Sequence record: SRR20825019_1535
Strand: one strand, 5' to 3'
Length of the DNA stretch: 20,000 bases
The notes under the pieces were generated by a model. The model had not been told where the DNA came from. It saw only the letters and a list, made by a program, of their open reading frames with translations, and did no database searches. The number at the start of each line of letters is the position of its first letter. The first letter of the stretch is position 1. The translations under genes were made by a program, and so were the position numbers. This document shows positions 18,272 through 20,000 of the stretch, piece by piece.

Positions 18272-19357
18272 TCACTCCAGATCTTTCTCGGTCAGGAATT
18301 TCGATACGAGGTCCGCGATCTCGACATTGTTCAGGTCGGAGAACGGGAAATGCGTATTGCCGGTGATGCCGGCCTCAGGCAGATGCACAAGGGTGACATC
18401 GCCGCTATGCTTGTTGACCGTCTCTGCCCAGATCCGCGCCATGTCCAGGCGCACGCGCCAGGCGTCCTGCGTGGGGATGTCCGTCGGCGTTGCCGGGATG
18501 TTGTCCCCGTAGAAAATGATGATCGGGATCTTCGTCAGCTTCAGGAAGTCTGTCATCGCGACCGGAACACCCTTCAGCGTGTCGAAGGAACTCGGCATCG
18601 GATCGGGCACTTCACCTTCCGGGAAGACGAAACCGCTGCCCGGCTCGAAAGCGACGACGGCCTTGATGCCGGCAGTCTTCATTGCGGCAGACCAGCCCAT
18701 GCCGCCGCTGTGGGAATGGGTGAAGAGGATGCCGGGGCCGATCCTGTCGAACAGCGCAGAGACAGCGTTGGCATTGAGATCAGAGTCGATCGGGCCCGTA
18801 TCTGGCGTCATCGCCCGGAAATACTGATCCAGCGATTCCGCGTCGCGCGGGAACTGCACGCCCTCGAAGTAATCCGGCCAAACACCAACACGGAACTGGC
18901 CGAACCAGAATTGCTCGTCCGGTCTCGGAGCTATCGTCGTCCCGACGGTACTGCGGCCGGCATTGCCCCGGCGGGGCTGGTCGATGAGATAGACCGGGAA
19001 GTTCCGGCGCAGGAAGATGTTCTGAAAGCCTTCCCGCCCGTCCGGTGTGCTCTCCCAGGTCCTGGAGAACTGGCCGTAGCCGTGCCACATCACGATCGGA
19101 AGCGGCCGGGGCTCGACCGGGATCTGATAGAACGCGTAGAGATGGTCGCCATGATAGGTCTGGCCGGCTGGCTCCAGCGGCTTCTTCGGATCAAAGCTAC
19201 CTGGCGCCGTCGTCACGGTCCCGCCGACGGCGAAGCTGCCTTGTTCCTGGATCATCAGGGGCGCCGGTTTGGCCGTATCTTGTGCCCGGACGCCTGACGA
19301 CGCTCCAGCGATAACGGATATGAGCAGCAGCGCTGCCAGACTTGTACGAGACCTCAC
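18272..19357 (-). CDS. Secreted alpha/beta hydrolase
   Basis: WHGYGQ, TPDGREG, DQPRRG, THSHSG (Ser nucleophile), GNTHFPF; GTG start with GGGAG RBS and signal peptide. Confidence 0.88.
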   Translation of the reverse strand: MRSRTSLAALLLISVIAGASSGVRAQDTAKPAPLMIQEQGSFAVGGTVTTAPGSFDPKKPLEPAGQTYHGDHLYAFYQIPVEPRPLPIVMWHGYGQFSRTWESTPDGREGFQNIFLRRNFPVYLIDQPRRGNAGRSTVGTTIAPRPDEQFWFGQFRVGVWPDYFEGVQFPRDAESLDQYFRAMTPDTGPIDSDLNANAVSALFDRIGPGILFTHSHSGGMGWSAAMKTAGIKAVVAFEPGSGFVFPEGEVPDPMPSSFDTLKGVPVAMTDFLKLTKIPIIIFYGDNIPATPTDIPTQDAWRVRLDMARIWAETVNKHSGDVTLVHLPEAGITGNTHFPFSDLNNVEIADLVSKFLTEKDLE

Positions 19358-19415
19358 GATGGTCGCTCCCTGCTAAATTGCGGAACCGACCCCTATATGG
19401 CCTCGGATGAAATAT

Positions 19416-19459
19416 CGATTAGATGGCTAAATACGATAGGCTTGATTAGAGAGGCTAAT
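19416..19459. promoter_or_regulatory. Second copy of the LysR-type operator upstream of the six-gene operon
   Basis: ATTAG-AGAGG-CTAAT (19445-19459) and CGATTAG (19416-19422), with the same 27-bp ATTAG spacing as at 13990/14017. Confidence 0.7.
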
Positions 19460-19540
19460 GAATGAGTGTAGCTGATGACCTGCGTCCCGCAAACTCCTCC
19501 AGATTTGGGATCACTCCATCAGTTGTCGGGGTCTTTCAGA

Positions 19541-19591
19541 TGACCGCTTTGGGCTAAATGGCCTATAGTCGCGAACGACCGCTATGGGTCG
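19541..19591 (+). repeat. Tandem pair of quasi-palindromic sites at the island's right boundary
   Basis: TGACC-GCTTTG-GGCTA (19541-19556) and CGACC-GCTATG-GGTCG (19576-19591), 35 bp apart, followed by a hairpin at 19591-19616. Confidence 0.65.
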
Positions 19592-19805
19592 GTTCCCGCC
19601 ATTCCCAGCGGGTACCAAGCGTCAGATTTTTACCACCAGGCGGGCCTCTCCTCTTGCGCGAACAGCGCATCGCTGCCCGCAGCCGGAGTCCATGCATGAA
19701 CTGCGCGGCAGTGCACCTCTCCCGACGCTGCTCATACAGTCTTCACATGGTGCTCATCAGCAGGCTTGAAAAAATACAAACATCCAAAACATGCGCTGAG
19801 CGGCG

Positions 19806-20000
19806 CTATTTGCCGTCCGGCTTCTTCAGCGCCCGCCGGGTCAGCCGGTGCAGGCTGAACCAGAGCGCGATGACGAGGATCGGGAGGAATGCGGCCGAGA
19901 CGATTGTCGGGTCGAGCGTGATCAGGTGTGCCTTCACCATGCCTTCCAGCAGATATTTCAGCAGATTGACGGCGTAATAGCTGATCGCCACCACGGACAG
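19806..20000 (-). CDS. DUF3422-family membrane-anchored protein, 3' end
   Basis: ...LSVVAISYYAVNLLKYLLEG... followed by a TM helix matches the DUF3422 C-terminus; the frame is open to the window edge. Confidence 0.72.
   Translation of the reverse strand: MSVVAISYYAVNLLKYLLEGMVKAHLITLDPTIVSAAFLPILVIALWFSLHRLTRRALKKPDGK

Noticed and set aside
19462-19557. Truncated second LysR gene
   Set aside because: The start geometry matches, but the peptide (MSVADDLRPANSS...) shows no convincing LysR HTH similarity.

Overview
GC-rich accessory island, probably from an alphaproteobacterium (inferred from a GTTC-N7-GTTC LexA-type box and gene content), abutting the 3' end of a DUF3422-like gene at the right edge. 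The left half (1-9350) is a defence-like cluster. It holds a partial dynamin-like P-loop GTPase absent from the ORF track and a small HTH regulator under a palindromic operator. Next come a ~1030-aa N6-adenine DNA methyltransferase overlapping a separate small PD-(D/E)XK nuclease, then a convergent minus-strand string of HEPN protein, disrupted gene, PD-(D/E)XK-like protein and Lit-family protease. A minimal (catalytic-domain-only) tyrosine recombinase sits in the centre. The right half is a LysR-associated metabolic/detoxification cluster: MFS, three alpha/beta hydrolases, aldo/keto reductase, DUF4405, cytochrome P460-family, cupin and CMD. The most striking unexplained signal is a co-oriented quasi-palindromic motif YGACC-N6-GGTCR at ~1264, 9388/9424 and 19541/19576. 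These copies bracket the defence module and the recombinase+cargo module, suggesting a cassette-type recombination system. All family assignments come from motif recognition by eye; no searches were run.
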